Source: Candidatus Saccharimonadota bacterium (GTDB taxonomy: Bacteria; Patescibacteriota; Patescibacteriia; 2-12-FULL-60-25). From it: a stretch of 32,000 nucleotides of DNA. This document shows, piece by piece, positions 17,839 to 26,039 of the stretch; position 1 is the first letter of the stretch; the number at the start of each line of letters is the position of its first letter. A program made the position numbers and the translations under genes. A model generated the notes under the pieces. It was not told where the DNA came from and made no database searches. It saw only the letters and a program-made list of their open reading frames with translations. Location: the NCBI GenBank assembly GCA_022843095.1, contig JALHOH010000002.1, positions 300,001 to 332,000 of the forward strand. The letters run 5' to 3'.

Positions 17839-18944
17839 GATGGCTTGCTAAACTCTTTGAGCGATTTGATTGGACGCTGCTGACCGCTGCATTGACGCTC
17901 ACGGCGGTTGGACTCGTCACGATCTACGGCATTGCGATCTCACAAGAACCGGCCGATCTCTTTTTATTTCAAAAACAGTTCATCGCAAGCGCACTGGGCG
18001 TTGCGGTTGCATTCGTCATCATGCTGGTGGATTACCGGCATTTTCGCAGCTTCGGACTCCTGATCTATCTCTTTGGCGCCGCACTCCTTGTTTCCGTCTT
18101 GTTGTTTGGAGAATCCATCCGTGGAACCACGGGGTGGTTTCGAATCGCCGGACTCTCCTTCCAGCCGGTGGAAATCGCGAAAATGACGCTCGTTATCTAT
18201 CTCGCCGGATTGTACGTCCGATATGAACACGGCGGCAGCTCCTGGCGCACCTTTGGGATGGGCGCGCTTGCGGCCGGCGTCTACACCGGACTGGTGTTGC
18301 TGCAACCGGACTTTGGATCCGCGATGGTCCTGCTTGGAACCTGGCTGTTACTGACCTTGTTTGCCGGATGGCCACGCCGCGCCTGGTTCATTCTTCCAAC
18401 TCTCGCGCTCATCGGAGCGGTAGGACTGTGGTTTTTTGGCCTCAAAGACTACCAACGCGAACGCCTTCTGACCTTCGTCAATCAAGAACAGGACCTGCGC
18501 GGCTCTGGTTACAACGCCGCCCAAGCGCGTATCGCCATTGGATCCGGCGGGTGGTTTGGAAAAGGGATCAGTGAGGGAACCCAAGCACGTCTCCGGTTCT
18601 TACCAGAAGCATCAACGGACTTTTTGTTTGCCGTGATCGGAGAAGAGCTGGGTTTTGTTGGCGTTGTTGTCGTGCTAGGCCTGTTTTTGCTCATCATCTA
18701 TCGCTACCTCCGGATCGGCATGGAGGCGGAAGACGATTATGCCACACTGCTCTTGGTGGGACTTGGAGCGACGTTGCTCATCCATGTCGTCGAAAACGCA
18801 GGGATGAACATGGGTGTCCTACCCATCACGGGGATTCCGATGCCGTATCTTTCCGCCGCCGCATCTTCCCTTGTCGCCACCTTCATGACCCTTGGCCTCG
18901 CAGAAAGCGTCGCCATCCGACGACGTCACATTGGCGAGGCGTGA
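17835..18944 (+). CDS. ftsW: SEDS-family peptidoglycan glycosyltransferase FtsW/RodA
   Basis: About 10 TMs. SFQPVEIAKM, LLQPDFGSAM, GSGYNAAQARIAIGSGGWFGKG, FLPEASTDFLFAVIGEELGF and NMGVLPITGIPMPYLS are SEDS signatures. Confidence 0.9.
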   Translation: MRWLAKLFERFDWTLLTAALTLTAVGLVTIYGIAISQEPADLFLFQKQFIASALGVAVAFVIMLVDYRHFRSFGLLIYLFGAALLVSVLLFGESIRGTTGWFRIAGLSFQPVEIAKMTLVIYLAGLYVRYEHGGSSWRTFGMGALAAGVYTGLVLLQPDFGSAMVLLGTWLLLTLFAGWPRRAWFILPTLALIGAVGLWFFGLKDYQRERLLTFVNQEQDLRGSGYNAAQARIAIGSGGWFGKGISEGTQARLRFLPEASTDFLFAVIGEELGFVGVVVVLGLFLLIIYRYLRIGMEAEDDYATLLLVGLGATLLIHVVENAGMNMGVLPITGIPMPYLSAAASSLVATFMTLGLAESVAIRRRHIGEA

Positions 18945-18949
18945 CCTAA

Positions 18950-18979
18950 AAAAATACCCATCGTTTGATGGGTATTTTT
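18950..18979. terminator. Bidirectional terminator shared by ftsW (+) and the tRNA-Gly/tRNA-Thr unit (-)
   Basis: AAAAATACCCATCgtttGATGGGTATTTTT is a 13-bp stem with A and T tracts on both sides. It lies 5 nt after the ftsW stop and 1 nt after the tRNA-Thr CCA end. Confidence 0.8.
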
Positions 18980-18980
18980 G

Positions 18981-19056
18981 TGGAGCCAGTTCCGGGATTT
19001 GAACCCGGGACCTCTGCTTTACGAAAGCATTGCTCTACCAGCTGAGCTAAACTGGC
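18981..19056 (-). tRNA. tRNA-Thr (anticodon CGT), CCA encoded
   Basis: Reverse complement is GCCAGTTTAGCTCAGCTGGTAGAGCAATGCTTTCGTAAAGCAGAGGTCCCGGGTTCAAATCCCGGAACTGGCTCCA, with anticodon loop TTCGTAA. Confidence 0.9.
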
Positions 19057-19084
19057 CTACACCCCCGGTGTTTGACGCCGGAGA

Positions 19085-19116
19085 TGTTCGTGTTGTTGCC
19101 CACCTCTGTTCGTGTT
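19085..19116. repeat. 10-nt direct repeat TGTTCGTGTT (19085-19094 and 19107-19116) inside the tRNA-Gly/tRNA-Thr spacer
   Basis: Two exact copies, 22 nt start to start. On the tRNA strand they read AACACGAACA. Confidence 0.6.
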
Positions 19117-19171
19117 CCGAACGTTGGTGGATGAGTGCCTTATTTAGGCAGAACCATCAAGCAAAGCAAGA

Positions 19172-19246
19172 TGGAGCGGGTAGCGGGAATCGAACCCGCC
19201 TCTAGTGCTTGGGAAGCACTCATAATAGCCACTATACGATACCCGC
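19172..19246 (-). tRNA. tRNA-Gly (anticodon CCC), CCA encoded
   Basis: Reverse complement is GCGGGTATCGTATAGTGGCTATTATGAGTGCTTCCCAAGCACTAGAGGCGGGTTCGATTCCCGCTACCCGCTCCA, with anticodon loop TTCCCAA. Confidence 0.9.
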
Positions 19247-19285
19247 AGAACCGCCCACTCCAATGACTTTTCAAAAGGCGGAAAA

Positions 19286-19314
19286 ATATTAGCAATAGTT
19301 CCTTTGTCGGGCAA
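19286..19314 (-). promoter_or_regulatory. Promoter of the tRNA-Gly/tRNA-Thr unit: -35 TTGCCC, 17-nt spacer containing TGc, -10 TAATAT
   Basis: Minus strand reads acTTGCCCgacaaaggaactatTGcTAATATttttcc, about 40 nt upstream of the tRNA-Gly 5' end. Confidence 0.65.
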
Positions 19315-19340
19315 GTATCCTGTCAAGACGGCCCCATTTC

Positions 19341-19964
19341 CTACTTAAACGTCAGATACCGTCGCACCTGATCTCCTGCCAAATACACCTCCAATTCCTT
19401 CTCAAAGGCTTCGGCGTCTTTTGTGGCATCAAACGCCTTTTTCTTCAGTAAATCCTCTAAAAGTGCCGGCCGAACCACGTACTGTTTGAACTCACGCACC
19501 CCCCAGCCAAATGCCTGCCCTAAATACGATTCCACATCCGCCTGCGTCGAAGAGGCCCCCATTCCCTCGCGAACGCTTTCAAAGGCTCGATCCACATCGA
19601 TGGGAGTCACGACAATGTCTCGCTCTGCGGCAAACTTCTCGACCGCCGCGATGCGCACCAACCGCTCAAGCGCCTGCGCTTTGACCTCCGGCGTCACCGT
19701 CGCCTCGATCCCGACAGAAGCGGCGGCAGGCCCATTCACAAAGACACGCACCGCTTCCATCTGTGTCACGAATTCTGCATACGGAACACGCACATCTCCG
19801 ACGCGAGCAGCTGGAAAACCAAGCACGCGGCTAATGGACCGGACGGCGGGCGATTCCGAATGACGGAAGTAAACCGCGTACGCCGCCACCGTAGTTGCCA
19901 TCAGTGACAGGGCAAGCACAACCAATACTCCAAGGATGATGCGACGTTTCGAGACAGGAGACAT
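19341..19964 (-). CDS. Membrane-anchored hypothetical protein, possibly a SurA/PrsA N-terminal-like chaperone domain without a PPIase domain
   Basis: N-terminal TM (IILGVLVVLALSLMATTVAAYAV) followed by a helical domain. The functional call is a weak resemblance only. ATG 19964 is preferred to TTG 20003. Confidence 0.4.
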   Translation of the reverse strand: MSPVSKRRIILGVLVVLALSLMATTVAAYAVYFRHSESPAVRSISRVLGFPAARVGDVRVPYAEFVTQMEAVRVFVNGPAAASVGIEATVTPEVKAQALERLVRIAAVEKFAAERDIVVTPIDVDRAFESVREGMGASSTQADVESYLGQAFGWGVREFKQYVVRPALLEDLLKKKAFDATKDAEAFEKELEVYLAGDQVRRYLTFK

Positions 19965-19975
19965 ACGTTCAACGA

Positions 19976-20380
19976 TCAAGGATGAAAGAAATAGCGCACC
20001 CAACGTGCGGGATTCGAGGCGGGCAAAAGCGGCGCAGACGAAGTCGACTGTTCCACGACATCCGGTACAGGCGCCCCTTCGATCCCGCGCACCACAATCA
20101 CACGCTCGCCCGGCTTCCGCAAGCCAAGTCGTTGTCGCGCATCGCGATCCGCGACTTCCGGCGATTGCACCGTCTCAATTAACTCCGTCAGATTCACTTT
20201 TTTTCCCTCGAGTCGTTCGATCTCCGCTTTCATCCGGTCAATTTCTTGATCCACCTTCCATTCACGATAGGTTTCACGCACGCTGGAGACGCCGATCAGG
20301 ACAAACAGCCCGCCGGCAACGGCAACAAGAAGCGACCAGCGCGCCGCAGGAGAAACACGGCTTTGTAATCCTTCGCTCAT
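19976..20380 (-). CDS. ftsB: Septum formation initiator FtsB/DivIC family
   Basis: One TM followed by a coiled coil: EIDRMKAEIERLEGKKVNLTELIETVQSPEVADRDARQRLGLRKPGERVIVV, the typical FtsB/DivIC pattern. Confidence 0.75.
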   Translation of the reverse strand: MSEGLQSRVSPAARWSLLVAVAGGLFVLIGVSSVRETYREWKVDQEIDRMKAEIERLEGKKVNLTELIETVQSPEVADRDARQRLGLRKPGERVIVVRGIEGAPVPDVVEQSTSSAPLLPASNPARWVRYFFHP

Positions 20381-20877
20381 AATCGAATGGCGCGCTCACG
20401 CGCGGTCAAAATCAACTCGCGCACCGCCTCCGGCTTGCGCAATAAACACACACGAATCTCCGGCGCCGGACTGGTACAGGAAACGGTGAGCACCCCAACA
20501 CGCAACGCAACATCCCCCATCCCACGCCGTTCGGTACGCACATCTACGACCGACTGCATCGGCACCTCGCGCACCATCCGCGCCCAAATCCCGCGTTGAT
20601 CCACATGGATCAGGCGATGCGTCGTCACGATCAACACCCCCGCGTCCCACATACGAAGCGTGCGCCAGGCTAAAAACAGCCCTGTCAGAAGCGATATAGC
20701 AATGACGCCCCATCCAAACACCCCCCAGGTGGTCAAGATAAACAAAAACAAAAATGGCAACACGATCAATAGCGCCGCGCCAACCAATTTGGACGCAATG
20801 GACACCCCATGCGGACGCAACACCGCAAGCACGCGTTCTTGCGCCTTTGGCTGCATCACGTCCGACGGACGAAACAT
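20377..20877 (-). CDS. Membrane protein with a bacterial PH domain (bPH_2 / YdbS-YdbT-like)
   Basis: Two TMs followed by WRTLRMWDAGVLIVTTHRLIHVDQRG...VPMQSVVDV. Its stop overlaps the ftsB start (ATGA). Confidence 0.55.
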   Translation of the reverse strand: MFRPSDVMQPKAQERVLAVLRPHGVSIASKLVGAALLIVLPFLFLFILTTWGVFGWGVIAISLLTGLFLAWRTLRMWDAGVLIVTTHRLIHVDQRGIWARMVREVPMQSVVDVRTERRGMGDVALRVGVLTVSCTSPAPEIRVCLLRKPEAVRELILTARERAIRL

Positions 20878-20885
20878 ACGTCCCC

Positions 20886-20891
20886 AGTGTA
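20886..20891 (-). promoter_or_regulatory. -10 TACACT, 8 nt upstream of the ATG at 20877
   Basis: Minus strand reads gaggTACACTggggacgtATG. Confidence 0.45.
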
Positions 20892-20910
20892 CCTCAACGA
20901 CCCCGCGCCG

Positions 20911-22230
20911 TCATGATCGCCCGCCATTTAGTACCCTGCGAATCGCCCCCTCAGCCGTCGCAACCTCGTTCCAGGGCGTCTTTGACCCGTTCGGTCCGCA
21001 GATCCATGGCTCGTGTCCTTTTCCCGTGAGCAAAATAACGTCCTTGGGCTGCGCGAGCTCCATTGCACACTGAATCGCCGCCGCGCGATCCTCGATGATA
21101 AACAAATTCTCCCCTTCCCGTTTGCCAACCTCTCGCGCACCGGACGCGACCTGCGCCATGATTTCTCGCGGGTCATCATCATACGGATCTTCGTTCGTCA
21201 CAATCACCACGTCTGCGGTAGAGCCCGCCATGCGTCCAAGCACCGGACGACGCGCCACGTCGCGGCCGCCACCGCACGAACCCAACACGTGGATTAATCG
21301 TGCATGCGGAATAAACGACAGCGTATCGTACATTTTCTGCAACGAAACCGGTTCTGGCGCATAGTCCACGATCACCTCCCACGGCTGACCGGCTTCGACG
21401 CGCTGCATACGTCCAGGGACAACGCGAATTTCGCCCAGTTTTTTGGCCGCTGCGACAAGATCTACGCCAAGCGCCTGGCACACCTGGAGCGCCGCCATCG
21501 CGTTTGAAACATTATGGATTCCGGGAATCTGCAACGTCACGGGAATCTCCCCCGCCAAAAACGATGACCCTGTTTCGGTCAGTCGCACCTGATGCGCCTG
21601 CAGTCCTCGCAACGCGGCCACCGAAAACCAATGGATCGGCACCCCCTTCATGGCCTCCGCATAAAACTCCGCATGCGGATCATCCGCGTTCAACACCCCG
21701 GCTCTCACCACATCTCGCCCACCGATTCGCTTTGGCGACTGTGCAGCGACATGAGAAAACAACAAGCGCTTTGCACGTTTGTAGTTCTCAAATCCTCCAT
21801 GCGCCTCGATGTGCTCGGGGGTCAGATTCGTAAACACCGCCACGTCATAGGCAATCCCTTCATGCCGATGTTGCACCAACCCCTGCGACGAGGTCTCTAC
21901 CACGGCGTACCGGCACCCTGCCTGCACCATCTCTTTCAACATTCGCTGAAGATAAAACCGTCCCGGCATGGTCATCTTGGTCCGATTCACCCATTCACGA
22001 TCCGCGATTTTCATGATGGCCGTCGTCGTACACCCCGTCGGACTCCCGGACGCCTCCAACGCTTTCGCCAAAAAATACGCGGTCGTGGTTTTCCCATTCG
22101 TCCCCGTAACCCCGATCACCACCATCTTCCGTGAAGGATGCCCATAATAGACATCCGCAAGCCGTGCCAGCACGCGATGATATCCAGAAACCATGGGCGC
22201 CGGAACAAGCGCTTTCAAGCGATGAAGCAT
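20911..22230 (-). CDS. Mur ligase family protein, MurE-like, lacking the canonical N-terminal domain
   Basis: GVTGTNGKTTT at residues 40-50, VVETSSQGL, FTNLTPEHIEAHGGFENY, LGSCGGGRD and VIVTNEDPYDDDP. The order and motifs follow MurE, but only about 36 residues precede the P-loop. Confidence 0.75.
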   Translation of the reverse strand: MLHRLKALVPAPMVSGYHRVLARLADVYYGHPSRKMVVIGVTGTNGKTTTAYFLAKALEASGSPTGCTTTAIMKIADREWVNRTKMTMPGRFYLQRMLKEMVQAGCRYAVVETSSQGLVQHRHEGIAYDVAVFTNLTPEHIEAHGGFENYKRAKRLLFSHVAAQSPKRIGGRDVVRAGVLNADDPHAEFYAEAMKGVPIHWFSVAALRGLQAHQVRLTETGSSFLAGEIPVTLQIPGIHNVSNAMAALQVCQALGVDLVAAAKKLGEIRVVPGRMQRVEAGQPWEVIVDYAPEPVSLQKMYDTLSFIPHARLIHVLGSCGGGRDVARRPVLGRMAGSTADVVIVTNEDPYDDDPREIMAQVASGAREVGKREGENLFIIEDRAAAIQCAMELAQPKDVILLTGKGHEPWICGPNGSKTPWNEVATAEGAIRRVLNGGRS

Positions 22231-22242
22231 AGATCTTGGTTC

Positions 22243-22248
22243 ATGCTA
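22243..22248 (-). promoter_or_regulatory. -10-like TAGCAT, 12 nt upstream of the MurE-like ATG
   Basis: Minus strand reads gggggcTAGCATgaaccaagatctATG. Transcription could equally read through from the upstream gene. Confidence 0.3.
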
Positions 22249-22265
22249 GCCCCCCATGCGTTCGC

Positions 22266-22847
22266 CTACAAGCCGTAAGTCAAAAGCGATACGACTGCAA
22301 ACACCAGTGCAAGCGACAGCGTCCCCATGGCAAACGGCACCGCAAGTTCAAATCCGGCAAGCTTCGCCACCAAAAGGAGAGACACGCCCAAGACCTGCAG
22401 GATCATCTTAATTTTTCCGTAGTCATTGGCCGAACTGTATTTTCCTTCACGTCGTTTTAAAATCGCCCCAAACACGATCATGAGCTCGAGCGTCACAATC
22501 ACGAGCGCAAATTCAATGCCGATTTCGCGCGCGACAAACAACAAAACGGACAACCCGATCAACAATTTATCCGCCACCGGATCCGCATACGTCCCCCACA
22601 GGGTGATTTGCTTCCGAACACGCGCAAGCGAACCATCCATCGCATCTGTAAACGCCGTTCCCAAAAAAAGCGGCAAGGCGATGCTCCATTGTTCGGTCAC
22701 AAAAAAATACAACACGAACGGGATCAAGATAAAACGAAGGATGGTGAGATGGTTTGGCGTCACCCAGGACGGAACCAGACGCAATACCGTTCGTTCCATC
22801 AAGCGATCATGCGGATAAAACCGAATGGTCTCATTCGTCATGAACAT
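22266..22847 (-). CDS. CDP-alcohol phosphatidyltransferase (PgsA-like)
   Basis: DAMDGSLARVRKQITLWGTYADPVADKL matches D-x2-DG-x2-AR-x8-G-x3-D-x3-D. Start is trimmed to MFMTNE (M21 of the track ORF) on promoter evidence. Confidence 0.8.
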   Translation of the reverse strand: MFMTNETIRFYPHDRLMERTVLRLVPSWVTPNHLTILRFILIPFVLYFFVTEQWSIALPLFLGTAFTDAMDGSLARVRKQITLWGTYADPVADKLLIGLSVLLFVAREIGIEFALVIVTLELMIVFGAILKRREGKYSSANDYGKIKMILQVLGVSLLLVAKLAGFELAVPFAMGTLSLALVFAVVSLLTYGL

Positions 22848-22855
22848 ATAGCCGG

Positions 22856-22864
22856 AGTATAGCA
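22856..22864 (-). promoter_or_regulatory. Extended -10 TGcTATACT, 8 nt upstream of the ATG at 22847
   Basis: Minus strand reads gatgTGCTATACTccggctatATG. Confidence 0.6.
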
Positions 22865-22893
22865 CATCACTCGACGCTCCCTCCGTAAACCCG

Positions 22894-22899
22894 TACGAT
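22894..22899 (+). promoter_or_regulatory. -10 TACGAT, 6 nt upstream of the ATG at 22906, with a possible -35 TCGACG at 17 nt
   Basis: Sequence reads cacTCGACGctccctccgtaaacccgTACGATaaccccATG. Confidence 0.5.
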
Positions 22900-22905
22900 A
22901 ACCCC

Positions 22906-24996
22906 ATGCGTCATGCGTTTCTTCTCGTCCTTCCATTCCTGCTTGGATTGGCGGGGTTTGCGCTCTTTGCTCCACACTCCCCCCTGGTTCCCGCCCTCAT
23001 CGTCGGGATCCTCTGTTACACCGGGGGGACCCTTGGCGCGGAATGGTTTCGACGCAGGCCCTCGCTCTTAAGCGGGATCACGGTCTCTCTCACCATCCTT
23101 GCCGGAACAAGCATCCTGCTCACCGGATGGTATTACCTGGATGGTCGCCTCCATGCAGCATCCATGATTTCCGCCTTCGTGGGCTCGGTGCTCACGACGT
23201 GGCTCGTTGCCCTGTTCTGGCGCATCCCCCCTCCTACGAACGCGGAATCAACCGAAAGCAATGAAACACGCTTTCATCCGATCGACCTGTTTTTCCTGCT
23301 TGCCTCCTGTTTAAGCGCAGGACTTGTGCTCTACACCGCGTGGCGTTCTGGCACCACCGAAAGTATTCGTACGCCCTGGCCACTTCTCCCAGCGGGCACG
23401 ATTGCGGCAGGAACGCTGGCTATGCTTGCCGCATGGGGCGCATCGCTCCGCGGACACCGCCTCACGATCGCCATGACCGTTGCCGGAGCGACCATCGCAA
23501 TCACCGGCATCGCACCGCTCGTGTATCAACTCGGATATGGATTTGACGGGTTCCTCCATCGTGCCAGCGAACAGGTACTTCTTTCCACAGGCACCCTCAC
23601 CCCAAAACCGCCGTATTACCTGGGGCAATACACATTCGTCACCTGGATCGTGACGCTTTTTTCCCTGCCGTTGCGTTGGGTGGATTTAGCCCTTGTCCCC
23701 GTCATGACCGGCATTGTGATAGGAATCCTCGCAGCGCTTCTTCCGCGCGAGCGCCTGTCCGCGGTCCCCGCGCTCCTTGCGCTCCTTCCGTTTCACGCCT
23801 TCATCGCCACCACCCCGCAATCACTTGCCTACGTCCTTGGATTTTTGGCGCTCATGCTGGCCTCGTCTGCGCGGGATGAACACACACATCCCGCACCCGC
23901 GCTCGCCGCCGTAGGATGGTCACTCGCCACCCATCCGCTTGCCGGACTCCCATTTGCGTTGCTCACCGGCGCGCTTCTTCTGGGCCCAAAACGCATCCTC
24001 TCATGGATCGCCGTGTTCGCCGCTGCATTAGCCGTCCCGATCGCATTTTATGCGTTAAGCAAAACCTCCGGACTCGCGATCGAGTGGCAATCTGGCGCCC
24101 ACGTGTTTGAAGGGCTTTGGACCACGCTGCGTGAAACCCTGACACCCCCTGCTACCCGCGTCGCGCTGTGGGCCGATGCCGCCGCCTTTGTGGCGTGGAT
24201 GACCCCTCTCGCAATCGTCCTCCTTGCCGGCTACCGCCTGTTCCATGATCGAGCACACCGTGGAACCACGGGAATTCTCATTTCCGGCGGCACACTCCTT
24301 ATGCTTGCAGGGGCCGTATTTGGGACGATCGGAACGTTCACCTTTCTCATCTCGTATGAACGTGGGGATTATGCGGCGCGTCTCATCACGATCGGACTGC
24401 TCTTGCTCGCTATCCCGTCGTCTCAGGTTTTTGGCGAACGCGTAAAAACCGTCCTCCAAGGATCTGCGGCAGCCGCGGTGGTCCTGGTACTTTTTCTGAC
24501 CGGATGGCATGCCTCACGGATGTACCTTGCACTTCCCCGCCATGATGCCACGGCCGCAAGTCACGGCTGGAGCGTCGGTCGTGCGGACCTCGAAGCCATC
24601 CGCGCCATCGACCGCGATGCGCAAGACGCACCGTACACCGTTCTCGCAAACCAAACCGTCAGCGCCGCGGCTGTGGAATTACTTGGGTTCAAGCGTTACG
24701 TGCACGATCCAGCTAGCGGTCAGGATATTTTTTTCTATCCCATCCCAACCGGCGGTCCGTTGTATGACGTGTTTTTGCGTGCGACCGGCAAAGATCCTTC
24801 GCGTGACACCATCAAAGAAGCGGCGACCTTGGGACAAAGCGACCGCGTGTTCGTCGTCTTGAATCGGTATTGGTGGGATGCAGAACGCGTCGGCGAAGCG
24901 CTCGCCTCCACCACAAAACGCGAATTCACCTTTGGTGATGGCGCGGTGCGGGTCTTTTCTTACGATTTCAGCACCTCGACCAACGCCGCCAAATGA
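22906..24996 (+). CDS. Large polytopic membrane protein (696 aa, more than 12 TMs plus a C-terminal soluble domain of about 170 aa); candidate GT-C-type glycosyltransferase
   Basis: Hydrophobicity pattern over residues 1-520 followed by a soluble C-terminal domain. The functional call comes from genomic context only (GT2 + GtrA + GT4 neighbours). No catalytic motif was identified. Confidence 0.55.
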   Translation: MRHAFLLVLPFLLGLAGFALFAPHSPLVPALIVGILCYTGGTLGAEWFRRRPSLLSGITVSLTILAGTSILLTGWYYLDGRLHAASMISAFVGSVLTTWLVALFWRIPPPTNAESTESNETRFHPIDLFFLLASCLSAGLVLYTAWRSGTTESIRTPWPLLPAGTIAAGTLAMLAAWGASLRGHRLTIAMTVAGATIAITGIAPLVYQLGYGFDGFLHRASEQVLLSTGTLTPKPPYYLGQYTFVTWIVTLFSLPLRWVDLALVPVMTGIVIGILAALLPRERLSAVPALLALLPFHAFIATTPQSLAYVLGFLALMLASSARDEHTHPAPALAAVGWSLATHPLAGLPFALLTGALLLGPKRILSWIAVFAAALAVPIAFYALSKTSGLAIEWQSGAHVFEGLWTTLRETLTPPATRVALWADAAAFVAWMTPLAIVLLAGYRLFHDRAHRGTTGILISGGTLLMLAGAVFGTIGTFTFLISYERGDYAARLITIGLLLLAIPSSQVFGERVKTVLQGSAAAAVVLVLFLTGWHASRMYLALPRHDATAASHGWSVGRADLEAIRAIDRDAQDAPYTVLANQTVSAAAVELLGFKRYVHDPASGQDIFFYPIPTGGPLYDVFLRATGKDPSRDTIKEAATLGQSDRVFVVLNRYWWDAERVGEALASTTKREFTFGDGAVRVFSYDFSTSTNAAK

Positions 24997-26039
24997 CGCG
25001 CCGGATGATAACGTGACGACAACGCACGCATCCGCTCGACACGTTCCGTGTACACGTCATCCGACACATCCAATAGCGCTTCCAACTCTGCGCGCAATCG
25101 CGTCACCGCCTGGGCAAATGGTTCGCCCAATGCGACCACGTCCTCTCCGCAGGTCTCGGGGATCCCTCCCACGCGCGTCGTCAGCACCGGCAATCCCACA
25201 GACATCGCTTCAAGCAACACCGTGGGTTGATTTTCACACACGACGGAACACATAACCAACACATCTTGCATACGCATCACCTCGCGCACCCGTTCCGGAT
25301 CGACCGATCCATAAAACGTCGCCTGCGGAAATGTGCGTTCAAGGAATGCGCGATCCGGTCCATCGCCGACAAACGTAAGCGCCACGCGCTCGTTCATCCC
25401 CTCTAACAGGGAAACCAGCAGGCGCGTCCCCTTTTCTTCGGATAAACGTCCAACAAAAGCCACACGAAGCGGGGTATGACGGATGCGTGGAGCGCGTGCA
25501 TCCGGCGTTGGCCCTGGGTTCGGCACAATCGCTGCAGGTGACGCACCCAACATTCCACGACGGCGATGTGCCAGAAGCAACCAACGCGTGGGCGAGACCA
25601 CCTGATCCGGCGTCCCGAACGCCCGGCGACGAAGCGCGCTCCACAGCCGTTGCCAACACGTCACGCGCGCATCCGAACGCAGCAACCCGCTCGGCTCAAA
25701 CAACTGCACGTCATGTAACACGTGCACCCAACGAATCCCACGGGATTGAATGTGTCGCGGCGTCGCAAATCCTACTCCGGTTAAATTATGCGAAAGCAAT
25801 ACGTCCGGCTTCCATGCGCCGATCTCCTGAACGACCGATGCCTGTGGCCACAGATCGCGAAGATGATGAAAAAGTCGCACGATCGGCGCGACGTGAGATC
25901 GTCGCCATGCCGCTGCAGAATGCCACACACGGACCTCGTGTCCCGCTTCTCGCAACAAACCCACCTGGATCTCCGCGATGCGTCCCGCACCCCCTTCGGC
26001 GTTGGGCGGATACGCGTTTGTCAGCACGGCGATCTTCAT
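24960..26039 (-). CDS. Glycosyltransferase family 4 (GT-B, Glycos_transf_1)
   Basis: MKIAVLTNAYPPNAEGGAGR, FVGRLSEEKG and ENQPTVLLEAMSVGLPVLTTRVGGIPE (EX7E region). Confidence 0.85.
   Translation of the reverse strand: MKIAVLTNAYPPNAEGGAGRIAEIQVGLLREAGHEVRVWHSAAAWRRSHVAPIVRLFHHLRDLWPQASVVQEIGAWKPDVLLSHNLTGVGFATPRHIQSRGIRWVHVLHDVQLFEPSGLLRSDARVTCWQRLWSALRRRAFGTPDQVVSPTRWLLLAHRRRGMLGASPAAIVPNPGPTPDARAPRIRHTPLRVAFVGRLSEEKGTRLLVSLLEGMNERVALTFVGDGPDRAFLERTFPQATFYGSVDPERVREVMRMQDVLVMCSVVCENQPTVLLEAMSVGLPVLTTRVGGIPETCGEDVVALGEPFAQAVTRLRAELEALLDVSDDVYTERVERMRALSSRYHPARHLAALVEVLKS

Noticed and set aside
18978-19326. Track ORFs 18978-19205 (+) and 19144-19326 (-)
   Set aside because: They run through tRNA-Thr, tRNA-Gly and the tRNA promoter, start with TTG and have no coding features.
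19321-19326. A perfect TTGACA on the minus strand upstream of tRNA-Gly as a -35 element
   Set aside because: The hexamer 17 nt downstream is aggaac, which is not a -10. The TTGCCC-17-TAATAT combination 7 nt further downstream fits much better.
22905-22908. Divergent genes sharing the palindrome CATG as overlapping start codons
   Set aside because: This is an artefact of longest-ORF calling. The PgsA-like gene most likely starts at 22847 behind its own TGcTATACT box (see finding).
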